Assembly: GCA_021772935.1 (NCBI GenBank)
Contig: JAJFLA010000045.1
Span: 1 to 24,000 of the forward strand
Direction: 5' to 3'
Length of the DNA: 24,000 nucleotides
DNA from: Gammaproteobacteria bacterium
GTDB lineage: Bacteria > Pseudomonadota > Gammaproteobacteria > Xanthomonadales > SZUA-36
Shown here in pieces: positions 1 to 7,230 of this stretch. How positions within the stretch are numbered: the first letter of the stretch is position 1; every line of letters starts with the position of its first letter. The notes beneath the pieces are model-generated. The model had not been told where the DNA came from. It ran no database searches and was given only the letters and a program-made list of their open reading frames with translations. Position numbers and translations under genes: made by a program.

Positions 1-70
1 CAGGGGTACCGGCTTCGGCCTGGCTCAATATCGCCAGTATCTGGCTATCGCTATATCTTGATTTTTTCAT
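1..70 (-). CDS. IS3-family transposase OrfA (HTH subunit), first 23 codons only
   Basis: The minus strand from 70 reads ATG AAA AAA TCA AGA TAT AGC GAT AGC CAG ATA CTG GCG ATA TTG AGC CAG GCC GAA GCC GGT ACC CC, which is MKKSRYSDSQILAILSQAEAGTP. This matches the MKKSRF/Y..Q....L.QAEAG pattern of IS3-family OrfA. An AAGGAG Shine-Dalgarno (complement of 78-83) sits 7 nt upstream. Confidence 0.65.
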   Translation of the reverse strand, partial: MKKSRYSDSQILAILSQAEAGTP

Positions 71-147
71 GAAGAATCTCCTTCGTTTAGTTTACGAGAA
101 AATTCTACTTATGAATTCAATTAATTAATGGGGGGATTACCTACTCA
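1..147 (-). mobile_element. Partial IS3-family insertion sequence (one terminal end plus start of orfA); the element continues off the left edge of the window
   Basis: The orfA N-terminus at 70..1 is typical of IS3-family elements. Reading the minus strand from 147 gives TGAGTAGGTAATCCCCCC, and a TG start followed by a C-run resembles IS3/IS407-group terminal repeats. The neighbouring sensor ORF runs only three codons (L-S-R-stop) into this sequence. The exact boundary is inferred, not proven. Confidence 0.55.
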
Positions 148-406
148 GCCCGGCATAACCTTGCTTGGCCTCGTGAAGCGCGTTGATAATCATGGGATGG
201 GCGGCAAGGATGTGGGTCTCATCTACACGCGCATCAAGAATTTCTTCAATGGCGTGGGCTTTTTCTATGGCGATGTTCTCTAATCTACTTCCAATTTCTT
301 CCTGCAATATGTTTCTGGCTTTGTGAACACTGACAGTAGAAAAAAAGATTATAGGAATGAGTGAAAAAAGAAGCAGGATAATGATAGCTTTAACGCGAAT
401 ACTCAT
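137..406 (-). pseudogene. N-terminal fragment (about 86 native codons) of a membrane signal-transduction sensor protein, apparently truncated by the IS insertion
   Basis: The 89-aa ORF starts with a TM helix (KAIIILLLFSLIPIIFFSTV) followed by a helical extracytoplasmic sensor-like segment. It has no output domain. It terminates at TAA (139-137) just inside the putative IS end at 147. Confidence 0.5.
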
Positions 407-512
407 TTGGTCCAGTTCTCAACCAATTGAAACTTAGACAATATGACAGAAACATATCACCGAAAGCACAGGGTTTCTCTTTCGCAAGTGCCTTTTACAG
501 TACAAGCCGTAA

Positions 513-718
513 CTATACAGGTCCTAGTGTCTCATAAACAACACGACTCAGTTTACTCACAGCGAACGGTTTGCTGAAAGTTCTATCCGTCTGGTTTTGA
601 AGATATTTACCACGGTTGCAGAGTTAATCTTAGCCGGTCGAAAATAAGCTTATACCTCCGGATTGGTTTCCTTAATGAGCTCCGGTACCTCGGCTCCACC
701 CATTCTCTTTTTGACCAT
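513..718 (-). pseudogene. Possible degenerate remnant of a response-regulator receiver domain
   Basis: The minus strand just after the kinase stop encodes MVKKRMGGAEVPELIKETNPEV-stop (718..650), which resembles the M.G.E....IK...PEV alpha3 region of receivers. In another frame it encodes FSKPFAVSKLSRVVYETLGPV-stop (578..513), which resembles the KPF....L receiver C-terminus. The two pieces are separated by stops and a frame change. This is weak, pattern-based evidence only. Confidence 0.25.
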
Positions 719-736
719 GAATGGCGAATCCTGTTA

Positions 737-2653
737 TCAGTCCTGTTCCAGCGGTAACCATTTGGCAATCGTTGAGAACAGCGTATCCGGCTCAACCGGC
801 TTGGCGACGAATTCATTCATACCGGCATTCAGACAGGCCAAACGGTCTTCTGATAATACGTTGGCAGTCATTGCCAGGATCGGGATATCCTTATGAGTGG
901 CACTTGCACTTGCACTTGCACTGGCCATAGCACGGATAACGCGTGTTGCCTCCAATCCATCCATCTCGGGCATATGGATATCCATCAGGATAAGATCATA
1001 AGCCGTGGCGTGGGATTTTTCGACTGCTTCCCGACCGTTTTCCGCCGTGTCCACCACCAGACCCGCGCCAGTGAGCAATGCCACCGCCACTTCACTGTTG
1101 ATGGCATTGTCCTCTGCCAGCAGGATGCGTAAACCGCGGTGCCCGGGCAGGAGCCCCGTTTCAGTGGCCATCTCTTCGGCTGATCGCGCGGCAGGTATGA
1201 CAGCCTCACTCAGGCCAAGCCGGGCGGTGAACCAGAAGGTACTGCCCTGGCCCGGTTCGCTCTCCACCCCGGCCTCACCATCCATCAGTTGCGCCAGATG
1301 CCGGGTAATGGCCAAACCCAAACCTGCACTGCCGTATCGATGCGTGCTGGTAACATTAGACTGTTCAAAGGCATCAAACAGGTCGGGGATCTTCTCCGGC
1401 TCAATACCGATCCCGGTGTCCCGCACCTCGAAACGTATTAGTAGTGCATCATCATATTCTTCCAGCAATTTGGCACGCAGGAAGATCGTTCCCTCCTCGG
1501 TAAACTTGACGGCGTTGACAGCATAATTGAGCAAGGCCTGGCTCAGACGACCGGGGTCACCCCGAAGCAACTGTGGTATCTTGATTAAATCTGTAGTTAT
1601 GATCAGGTCCTTCGACCCGATCAGTTCTTTCAATAGTGATCGCACATCATCGAAAATGGTGCTCAACTGGAATTCTGACTGCTCCAGGACCAGCTTCCCC
1701 GACTCGATCTTGGACAGGTCCAGGATGTCATTGATGAAAGTTAGCAGGTGCTGAACGGAGGCATCAATCTTTTTCAGTTGCTGCTCCTGTTTTGGCCTCA
1801 CACTGCCTTGCATCAGGCGGGTGAGCCCGATGATGGCGTTCAAGGGTGTGCGAATTTCATAGCTCATATTGGCCAGTAAGACACTCTTGGATCGGCTGGC
1901 AATTTCCGCATGGTTCCGGGACTCAGCTAATTGTTTATTTAGTTTCTCTACCTGGGCCACCAATAAGTTTTTCGGCATGACCTGCAAACGTTCGGTTAAC
2001 TTAATCAACTGTGTCCGGATTTGTACGTGTGCGGAGATGTCGCGAAACACAAGGATTGCACCGGCCGGCTCTTCACCCTCGAACACGGGTGTGGAGGTGT
2101 ATTCCACTGGAAAACTGGAGCCATCTTTACGCCAGAACACCTCGTCTTCATGGCTATGGACTTTGCCATCTTTTAAGGTAGCGTAAACACGGCACTCCTC
2201 AAACGAGCACGGTGAGCCATCCGCTTTGCTGTGGTGCAGCAGCTTGTGCTGAATCTTACCTACCAGTTCTTGTGTTTCCCAGCCTAACATCCTGGCCCCC
2301 GCGGGATTGATGAAGGTGGTGGTGCCCTGCATGTCCAAACCACAGATCGCTTCGTTAGTTGCGTCCAGAATCTGACGGTTCAAACTCTCGCTCTCCCGCA
2401 ATGACCCCTCTGCCTGCTTACGCCTGGTGATTCCATTATTGATGTTGCGTATAACGACAATTGCGAGCACGATATTGGCGATAAGGATAAGCAACCATAA
2501 CATTCCAATAAACAAGAGAACCGGGGTCTGTCGTGCTGTCTCAACGACATTTTCTGTGCTCATGAATGCCGCCAGGCCCAATAGGACCAACAATAAGATG
2601 ATAACGCTAAACGCTACAATTAAATGAGAACCAATATTAAGATTTGTTTTCAT
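737..2653 (-). CDS. Hybrid sensor histidine kinase (2 TM, PAS, HisKA, HATPase_c, receiver) with Tyr at the canonical phospho-His position
   Basis: This is a 638-aa ORF. It has two N-terminal TM helices with a very short loop and a PAS-like segment (LDATNEAICGLD...VFRDISAHV). The H-box reads MSYEIRTPLNAIIG. The N-box is LLNYAVNAVKFT, G1 is DTGIGI and G2 is GSAGLGLAI. The C-terminal receiver shows LLAEDN, LILMDIHMPEMDG, ILAMTAN and VAKP. Confidence 0.9.
   Translation of the reverse strand: MKTNLNIGSHLIVAFSVIILLLVLLGLAAFMSTENVVETARQTPVLLFIGMLWLLILIANIVLAIVVIRNINNGITRRKQAEGSLRESESLNRQILDATNEAICGLDMQGTTTFINPAGARMLGWETQELVGKIQHKLLHHSKADGSPCSFEECRVYATLKDGKVHSHEDEVFWRKDGSSFPVEYTSTPVFEGEEPAGAILVFRDISAHVQIRTQLIKLTERLQVMPKNLLVAQVEKLNKQLAESRNHAEIASRSKSVLLANMSYEIRTPLNAIIGLTRLMQGSVRPKQEQQLKKIDASVQHLLTFINDILDLSKIESGKLVLEQSEFQLSTIFDDVRSLLKELIGSKDLIITTDLIKIPQLLRGDPGRLSQALLNYAVNAVKFTEEGTIFLRAKLLEEYDDALLIRFEVRDTGIGIEPEKIPDLFDAFEQSNVTSTHRYGSAGLGLAITRHLAQLMDGEAGVESEPGQGSTFWFTARLGLSEAVIPAARSAEEMATETGLLPGHRGLRILLAEDNAINSEVAVALLTGAGLVVDTAENGREAVEKSHATAYDLILMDIHMPEMDGLEATRVIRAMASASASASATHKDIPILAMTANVLSEDRLACLNAGMNEFVAKPVEPDTLFSTIAKWLPLEQD
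900..923. repeat. Hexanucleotide simple sequence repeat (GCACTT x3 plus GCACTG) inside the kinase receiver domain
   Basis: The sequence is read directly: gcacttgcacttgcacttgcactg. On the minus strand it encodes the (Ser-Ala)n stretch ASASASASAT in the loop before the PILAMTA strand. Confidence 0.9.
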
Positions 2654-2674
2654 TGTTTCCTGATTTATGACCAG

Positions 2675-4774
2675 CTATTTTAATTGCGTCCAAAGATGAG
2701 TGTAGGCTAAGGCCAAGCGGTAGGCCAGTTGATCATTGGTACTGGAGCCACCATGACCACCTTCCAGGTTTTCATAATACCAAACCTCCTGATCATACTC
2801 TTTCATACGTGCGGCCATTTTTCGCGCATGACCTGGGTGAACCCGGTCGTCACGGGTTGATGTGTAGAAAAAAACCGCTGGATAATCCACACCATTGCTA
2901 AGGTTGTGATAAGGCGAGTACTTTTTGATGAACTCCCACTCTTCCGGCACATCCGGGTCACCATATTCGGCCATCCAACTGGCACCCGCCAACAGTTTGT
3001 GATAACGCTTCATGTCCAATAACGGTACACCGCAAATCACTGCACCATACAAGTCCGGGCGACGAGTCATGGTCGCACCAACCAGCAATCCGCCATTTGA
3101 TCTACCCTCAATCCCCAGATGTTTGGGTGAGCTTATATTGCGCTTGAACAAGTCTTCCGCCACCGCTTCAAAATCTTCAAATGCACGGTATCGGTTCGCC
3201 TTCAAGGCGGCAGCATGCCAGGCAGGACCAAACTCGCCGCCACCACGGATATTGGCCAGCACAAAGACCCCACCACGATCCAACCATAACTTGCCGTAAG
3301 CACCAGAGAGATTTTCGTAAGAACCAGAATACGTGGGGGTCAAAGAATTACGAAAGCCGCCATATGAAAAGATATGGGTTGGGTTGTTACCATCCAGTTT
3401 CACGCCTTTGGGCAGGACTACGAAATACGGTATTTTTGTGCCATCTGCTGATGTCGCGAAATATTGCTCTGTTTTGTAACGGCTGCCGTCAAAGCTTGGT
3501 AATTGGTTTTTGATTTTTTGCGGTTGCCAATCGGCAGAGGCGACGTAATACAAAGCAGGTGGACTCGTAAACGATTCATAACGCGCAAAAAAGTTGCCAC
3601 TGGTATCATCGGTGCTGGTGATCGCGAGGGAGCCATTATCAGGAAAATCCACCAGGGTACGCTGCCAGCGACCTTCTGATCCGGGATTGTAGCGATAAAT
3701 CCTGCCACGAACATTTTCCAATACCGTGACCAGAATAGTGGCATCGGTCGTGGCTACCGATTGCACAACTGTTGCGGCATCCGGTTCGATCATTACGTCA
3801 ATCACCCCCTCGCCGTCTGCATGCAAGGCACTGGTATCGGCAATCAATACTGCACCTTGTGGATAGGTGATATCCGCGCGGGTCCAGTCTTCTTTCAGAG
3901 AAATAATCAAACGGCCCTGGAAGGCACCATTGATGCTTGCAGAGACGGGTATTTCAAGATGATGTTTACTGCCATCAATTAGTTGGAATCGTTCTGAGGT
4001 CCAGAATGTTTTGCCTTCACGAACCATGTCGATATTACCGCCGGCGGAGTGTAAGCGAAAGGCACCGGTCGAGACTGATGTAGGCCCACCTTCATGGACC
4101 AACTCAGCAGCAGCCAGCGGGGTACCCCGTTTCCAACGTTTAACAATTCTTGGGTAACCGGATTCTGTCATTGACCCCTTACCAAAATCGGTGGCTATGA
4201 AAATTGTGTCAGCATCTATCCAACTGGCCGAACCCTTGGACAGGGGCAAATAGAAGCCGTCTTCCACAAAGATTTTGTTAACAGCATTAAATTCACGCAT
4301 GACAACCGCGTCGCCACCACCGGGGGACAGACGAACCAGGCAGTGCTCAGGCTCTTTCTGCAGACAGTTCATGCCTTTGAAAACCCACTGTTTATTCTCT
4401 TTTTCGTTCAGTGCATCAATATTGATGACAACTTCCCACTCAGGCTCATCTGAGGCAAATCCAGCCAGGGTTGTACGTCTAAACACACCTCTTGGGTTTT
4501 TTTCATCCCGCCAGAAGTTATACAGCCAGTCTTCTTCCTGATAAACATTGGGGAGCCGGGAAGAAGCGTTCAGGATTGTTTTGGCCTCGGTATAGAGTTC
4601 GTCAAACAATGGACCAGATTTCAGTCGATTGGCCGTTGATGCATTTTCCGCCCGGACCCAATCCAAAGCTTTGTCATCATCTACTCCTTCCAGCCAAAGG
4701 TAGTGATCAGTTTCGGCCCAGGCGAACGAAGTGACGATGAAACCTACCAGCAAAATAAAACCTTTCAATTGCAT
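2675..4774 (-). CDS. Secreted prolyl oligopeptidase family (S9A) serine peptidase
   Basis: This is a 699-aa ORF with a signal peptide (MQLKGFILLVGFIVTSFAWA). The N-terminus (YLWLEGVDDDKALDWVRAENA) is typical of prolyl endopeptidases. Catalytic triad motifs are present: GRSNGGLL (Ser), TSTRDDRVHP (Asp) and LEGGHGG (His). Only 21 nt separate it from the downstream kinase gene. Confidence 0.9.
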   Translation of the reverse strand: MQLKGFILLVGFIVTSFAWAETDHYLWLEGVDDDKALDWVRAENASTANRLKSGPLFDELYTEAKTILNASSRLPNVYQEEDWLYNFWRDEKNPRGVFRRTTLAGFASDEPEWEVVINIDALNEKENKQWVFKGMNCLQKEPEHCLVRLSPGGGDAVVMREFNAVNKIFVEDGFYLPLSKGSASWIDADTIFIATDFGKGSMTESGYPRIVKRWKRGTPLAAAELVHEGGPTSVSTGAFRLHSAGGNIDMVREGKTFWTSERFQLIDGSKHHLEIPVSASINGAFQGRLIISLKEDWTRADITYPQGAVLIADTSALHADGEGVIDVMIEPDAATVVQSVATTDATILVTVLENVRGRIYRYNPGSEGRWQRTLVDFPDNGSLAITSTDDTSGNFFARYESFTSPPALYYVASADWQPQKIKNQLPSFDGSRYKTEQYFATSADGTKIPYFVVLPKGVKLDGNNPTHIFSYGGFRNSLTPTYSGSYENLSGAYGKLWLDRGGVFVLANIRGGGEFGPAWHAAALKANRYRAFEDFEAVAEDLFKRNISSPKHLGIEGRSNGGLLVGATMTRRPDLYGAVICGVPLLDMKRYHKLLAGASWMAEYGDPDVPEEWEFIKKYSPYHNLSNGVDYPAVFFYTSTRDDRVHPGHARKMAARMKEYDQEVWYYENLEGGHGGSSTNDQLAYRLALAYTHLWTQLK

Positions 4775-4820
4775 TGTGAATATCCTTGTAAAAAGAACTT
4801 GAAACCAGTGTAGTGACGAA

Positions 4821-6014
4821 TCAATGCCAGTACACCTCGATAGATTCGATCAGCAAATTGTCTTTCAATGCGTCCCGAACGCGCTGTTCGATTAAGTGAC
4901 AGGTTTCTGGTCGTGAGTTCTCGTCGAATGGCATCAACATTTCCAATCGTATCCTTCCAGCCAGATAGTGCAAGGTAAAGCGCTCTATACGCTCCACCTC
5001 TTCGATACCTTCAAGGTCGTGGTGAACGCGACTCAGTAATTCATCACGCATCGGCAATGCCAGACTTAAGGGTTGGAGTTCGTCATCCTCCGGGTCGATA
5101 TGAACCGTAACATCGGTGACACCCTCGAACTCTTTCAGTAGTCGGCTGCTCACCATCTCACTGATATGGTGGCCTTCAGACAGGCTGATGACGGCATCAG
5201 TGATAATATGCACATCCACCAACACCTGACCACCGGCACGTCTTGTGCGCAACAGGTGCAGGTCACGTACGCCTCCAACACTCATGATACTCTGACGAAA
5301 TTTATCTACCTGTCGTTGGTCAACTGCTGTGTCAACCAGTTCTTTGAGTGCATTCCAGCCGAGACTCCCGCCGATGTGCGCAATAATCAGTGCGACACCT
5401 ATGGCGGCGAGAGCATCAAGATAAGGGAAGCCGACCATGGTGCCTGCAATCCCAATCACTACGATCACGGACGAAAATGCATCGGTACGACTATGCCAGG
5501 CATTGGCACGCAGCATGTCCGAACGATGACGCCGTGCCACCCGTATGGTGTAGTGATAAATCCATTCCTTGCAGCCTATGGACAGTGCTGCCACAAACAA
5601 CGCCCACATACCGGGATGCGGCACTATCTCCGCTTCAAACAAACGCATAATGGCATCATAAGCGATGCCGCTGGCGACCAGCATCAACGCCACGGCCAGC
5701 CCTACAGTGGCGATGGTTTCAAAACGCCCATGGCCATAGGGGTGTTCGGCATCCGGTCCCTCATTACTGTGGCGCGCGGCATACAGAACCATCCCGTCGG
5801 TGGCAAGATCCGACAACGAATGTATACCGTCTGCGATAAGTGCCTGAGAGGACGCGAGGTAGCCGGTTATCAGCTTGGCAAGACCCAGTATAAGATCAAA
5901 CACTGCGCCCACGATTGTGACCCGAGCCACCGCATGATAACGGGCCTGCCGGGCCATCGCCTCTGTTTCAGTAGTTTGATTCTCGTCGCTCAATTGGTCT
6001 GACCGCTCATTCAT
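4821..6014 (-). CDS. Cation diffusion facilitator (CDF) family divalent-metal efflux transporter
   Basis: The TM core carries CDF signatures (ALIADGIHSLSDLATDG, HPYGHGRFE, NAWHSRTDAFSS), followed by a C-terminal cytoplasmic domain. The start is uncertain: the ORF opens at TTG 6044, and I chose ATG 6014 (MNERSDQ). GTG 6020, 6 nt after GAGAGG, is an alternative. Confidence 0.85.
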   Translation of the reverse strand: MNERSDQLSDENQTTETEAMARQARYHAVARVTIVGAVFDLILGLAKLITGYLASSQALIADGIHSLSDLATDGMVLYAARHSNEGPDAEHPYGHGRFETIATVGLAVALMLVASGIAYDAIMRLFEAEIVPHPGMWALFVAALSIGCKEWIYHYTIRVARRHRSDMLRANAWHSRTDAFSSVIVVIGIAGTMVGFPYLDALAAIGVALIIAHIGGSLGWNALKELVDTAVDQRQVDKFRQSIMSVGGVRDLHLLRTRRAGGQVLVDVHIITDAVISLSEGHHISEMVSSRLLKEFEGVTDVTVHIDPEDDELQPLSLALPMRDELLSRVHHDLEGIEEVERIERFTLHYLAGRIRLEMLMPFDENSRPETCHLIEQRVRDALKDNLLIESIEVYWH

Positions 6015-6187
6015 ACACACATTGTACCTCTCATATGCAATCAAGGAATATATGACAACGGCAAAATCTCAACTATTGTTTGCAGAAACAACCGGGGCCA
6101 CTCCGTTACTATAATATTTGCAAGAAAATCATACCTGTGCTTAACTTTGCTTCCCCTGTTTTTAGGGCAGAGACTATGGAGTCCATG

Positions 6188-6532
6188 ATGATGAAGATTA
6201 AATTCACTGGTTTGGTAATGATATTAATGGTAATCACACTGGCAGCATGCAGTAAGACGGATGACAGTCATAACGAAGCTGCTTCTGATGCTGTTGAGCA
6301 CGCCTCAGATGCCAGTACTGAAGCCCCTGCCGCAGCCGTTAAAAGTGCGGAAGAAGCTGTGGATACAGCGGATGGAATGATCACAGAAGCAGCTGACACA
6401 GCTGGTGAAATGGTCAACGATGCAGCGGACACAGCAAGTGGAATGGTCAGTGATGCCGCGAGCGATGCCTACGACACAGCAAAAGAAGCTGTTGAAGACG
6501 TCGTTGAAGAAAAAGAAGAGGCTGGCGGCTGA
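6188..6532 (+). CDS. Small acidic lipoprotein with tandem 11-residue repeats, function unknown
   Basis: GGAG at 6178-6181 is followed by three consecutive ATGs at 6185, 6188 and 6191. The signal peptide carries a lipobox (LMVITLAAC-SK). The mature part is rich in Asp, Ala and Glu. The longer ORF from 6080 has no SD or signal logic. Confidence 0.6.
   Translation: MMKIKFTGLVMILMVITLAACSKTDDSHNEAASDAVEHASDASTEAPAAAVKSAEEAVDTADGMITEAADTAGEMVNDAADTASGMVSDAASDAYDTAKEAVEDVVEEKEEAGG
6362..6460 (+). repeat. Three imperfect tandem 33-bp repeats encoding DTADGMITEAA / DTAGEMVNDAA / DTASGMVSDAA
   Basis: Read directly from the nucleotide sequence and translation of the lipoprotein ORF. The period is 33 nt, or 11 aa. 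Confidence 0.7.
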
Positions 6533-6554
6533 GTGGTAGACATTTGAGTCAATT

Positions 6555-6584
6555 GACTCCAACCCCTGATCAGGGGTTGGAGTC
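6555..6584. terminator. Perfect 30-bp palindrome between convergent genes; possible bidirectional terminator or REP-like element
   Basis: GACTCCAACCCCTGA|TCAGGGGTTGGAGTC is exactly self-complementary. It lies 22 nt after the lipoprotein stop and overlaps the last codons and stop (6570-6572) of the convergent redoxin gene. No U-tract follows on either strand, so intrinsic-terminator function is uncertain. Confidence 0.4.
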
Positions 6585-7154
6585 CCGCAGTATAGAATCA
6601 ATCGCTTCCAACACCGTGTCGATCTGCGGACGTTTGCGATAGCCTTTCTCGGCAAACTTTGCCCTGATAACACCCTTGGTATCAGTGATAATAATTCCGG
6701 GATTGGGAATACCATACCCCCTTGAGCCAGGCTTCTGGCGTTGATTGAGGATGCCAAAGGCTTTGATGACCTCCGATTGTGGATCTGACAGCATGGTCAA
6801 TCGAGGTGCGTGTTTGACTTGAAACGATTTGAGCGTTTCAACAGAATCGTAGCTCAAGGTGACAAGGCGGATACCACGGCTGGCGAAATCATCTACCCGT
6901 GTTTCCAGTTCCTTTGCCTGACCCCTACAAAACCGACACCAATCCAGTGAGCGTAGAAAAACAATGGCGAGTCCTTTTTCTCCTACCAGCATTGAAAAAG
7001 ATTGTGCGTTACCATCCTGATCCTGCATTTCCAGTTGATTTGGAATTGTGATGCCCAGGTCCGGCCCCCAGGACTTGGCTGGCGCAGCCAAAGCGGTGGC
7101 GGCCAAAAGCATCGCAATCACAAACACCTGCACTGTCAATCCCATCTTTCTCAT
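6570..7154 (-). CDS. Secreted thioredoxin-fold redoxin (AhpC/TSA / Bcp-like family) with a WCRFC motif
   Basis: The internal ATG at 7154 is preceded by GAGGAG. It gives a signal peptide, MRKMGLTVQVFVIAMLLAATALAAPA. The thioredoxin-fold pattern LAIVFLRSLDWCRFCRGQAKELE...LVTLSYDS...MLSDP is present. Confidence 0.8.
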   Translation of the reverse strand: MRKMGLTVQVFVIAMLLAATALAAPAKSWGPDLGITIPNQLEMQDQDGNAQSFSMLVGEKGLAIVFLRSLDWCRFCRGQAKELETRVDDFASRGIRLVTLSYDSVETLKSFQVKHAPRLTMLSDPQSEVIKAFGILNQRQKPGSRGYGIPNPGIIITDTKGVIRAKFAEKGYRKRPQIDTVLEAIDSILRDSNP

Positions 7155-7230
7155 TGACTTTAACTCCTCGTAAGCCTGGGTTAAGCATAAAGTAAGCCGA
7201 CAATCTGGTGGTGCAGTACTCACCTTTATT

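Noticed and set aside
900-923. The hexanucleotide SSR considered as an on/off phase-variation switch
   Set aside because: The unit length is a multiple of three, so slippage preserves the frame. At most it is a loop-length polymorphism.
1005-1526. 173-aa plus-strand ORF, along with the neighbouring ORFs at 893-1132, 1527-1754 and 1869-2186
   Set aside because: These are antisense shadow ORFs inside the well-supported histidine kinase gene. Their composition is Ser/Arg/Pro-rich and low in complexity, and they carry no motifs.
5166-6002. 278-aa plus-strand ORF
   Set aside because: It is antisense to the CDF transporter, which has clear family motifs. It has no recognisable domain and is a typical shadow ORF.
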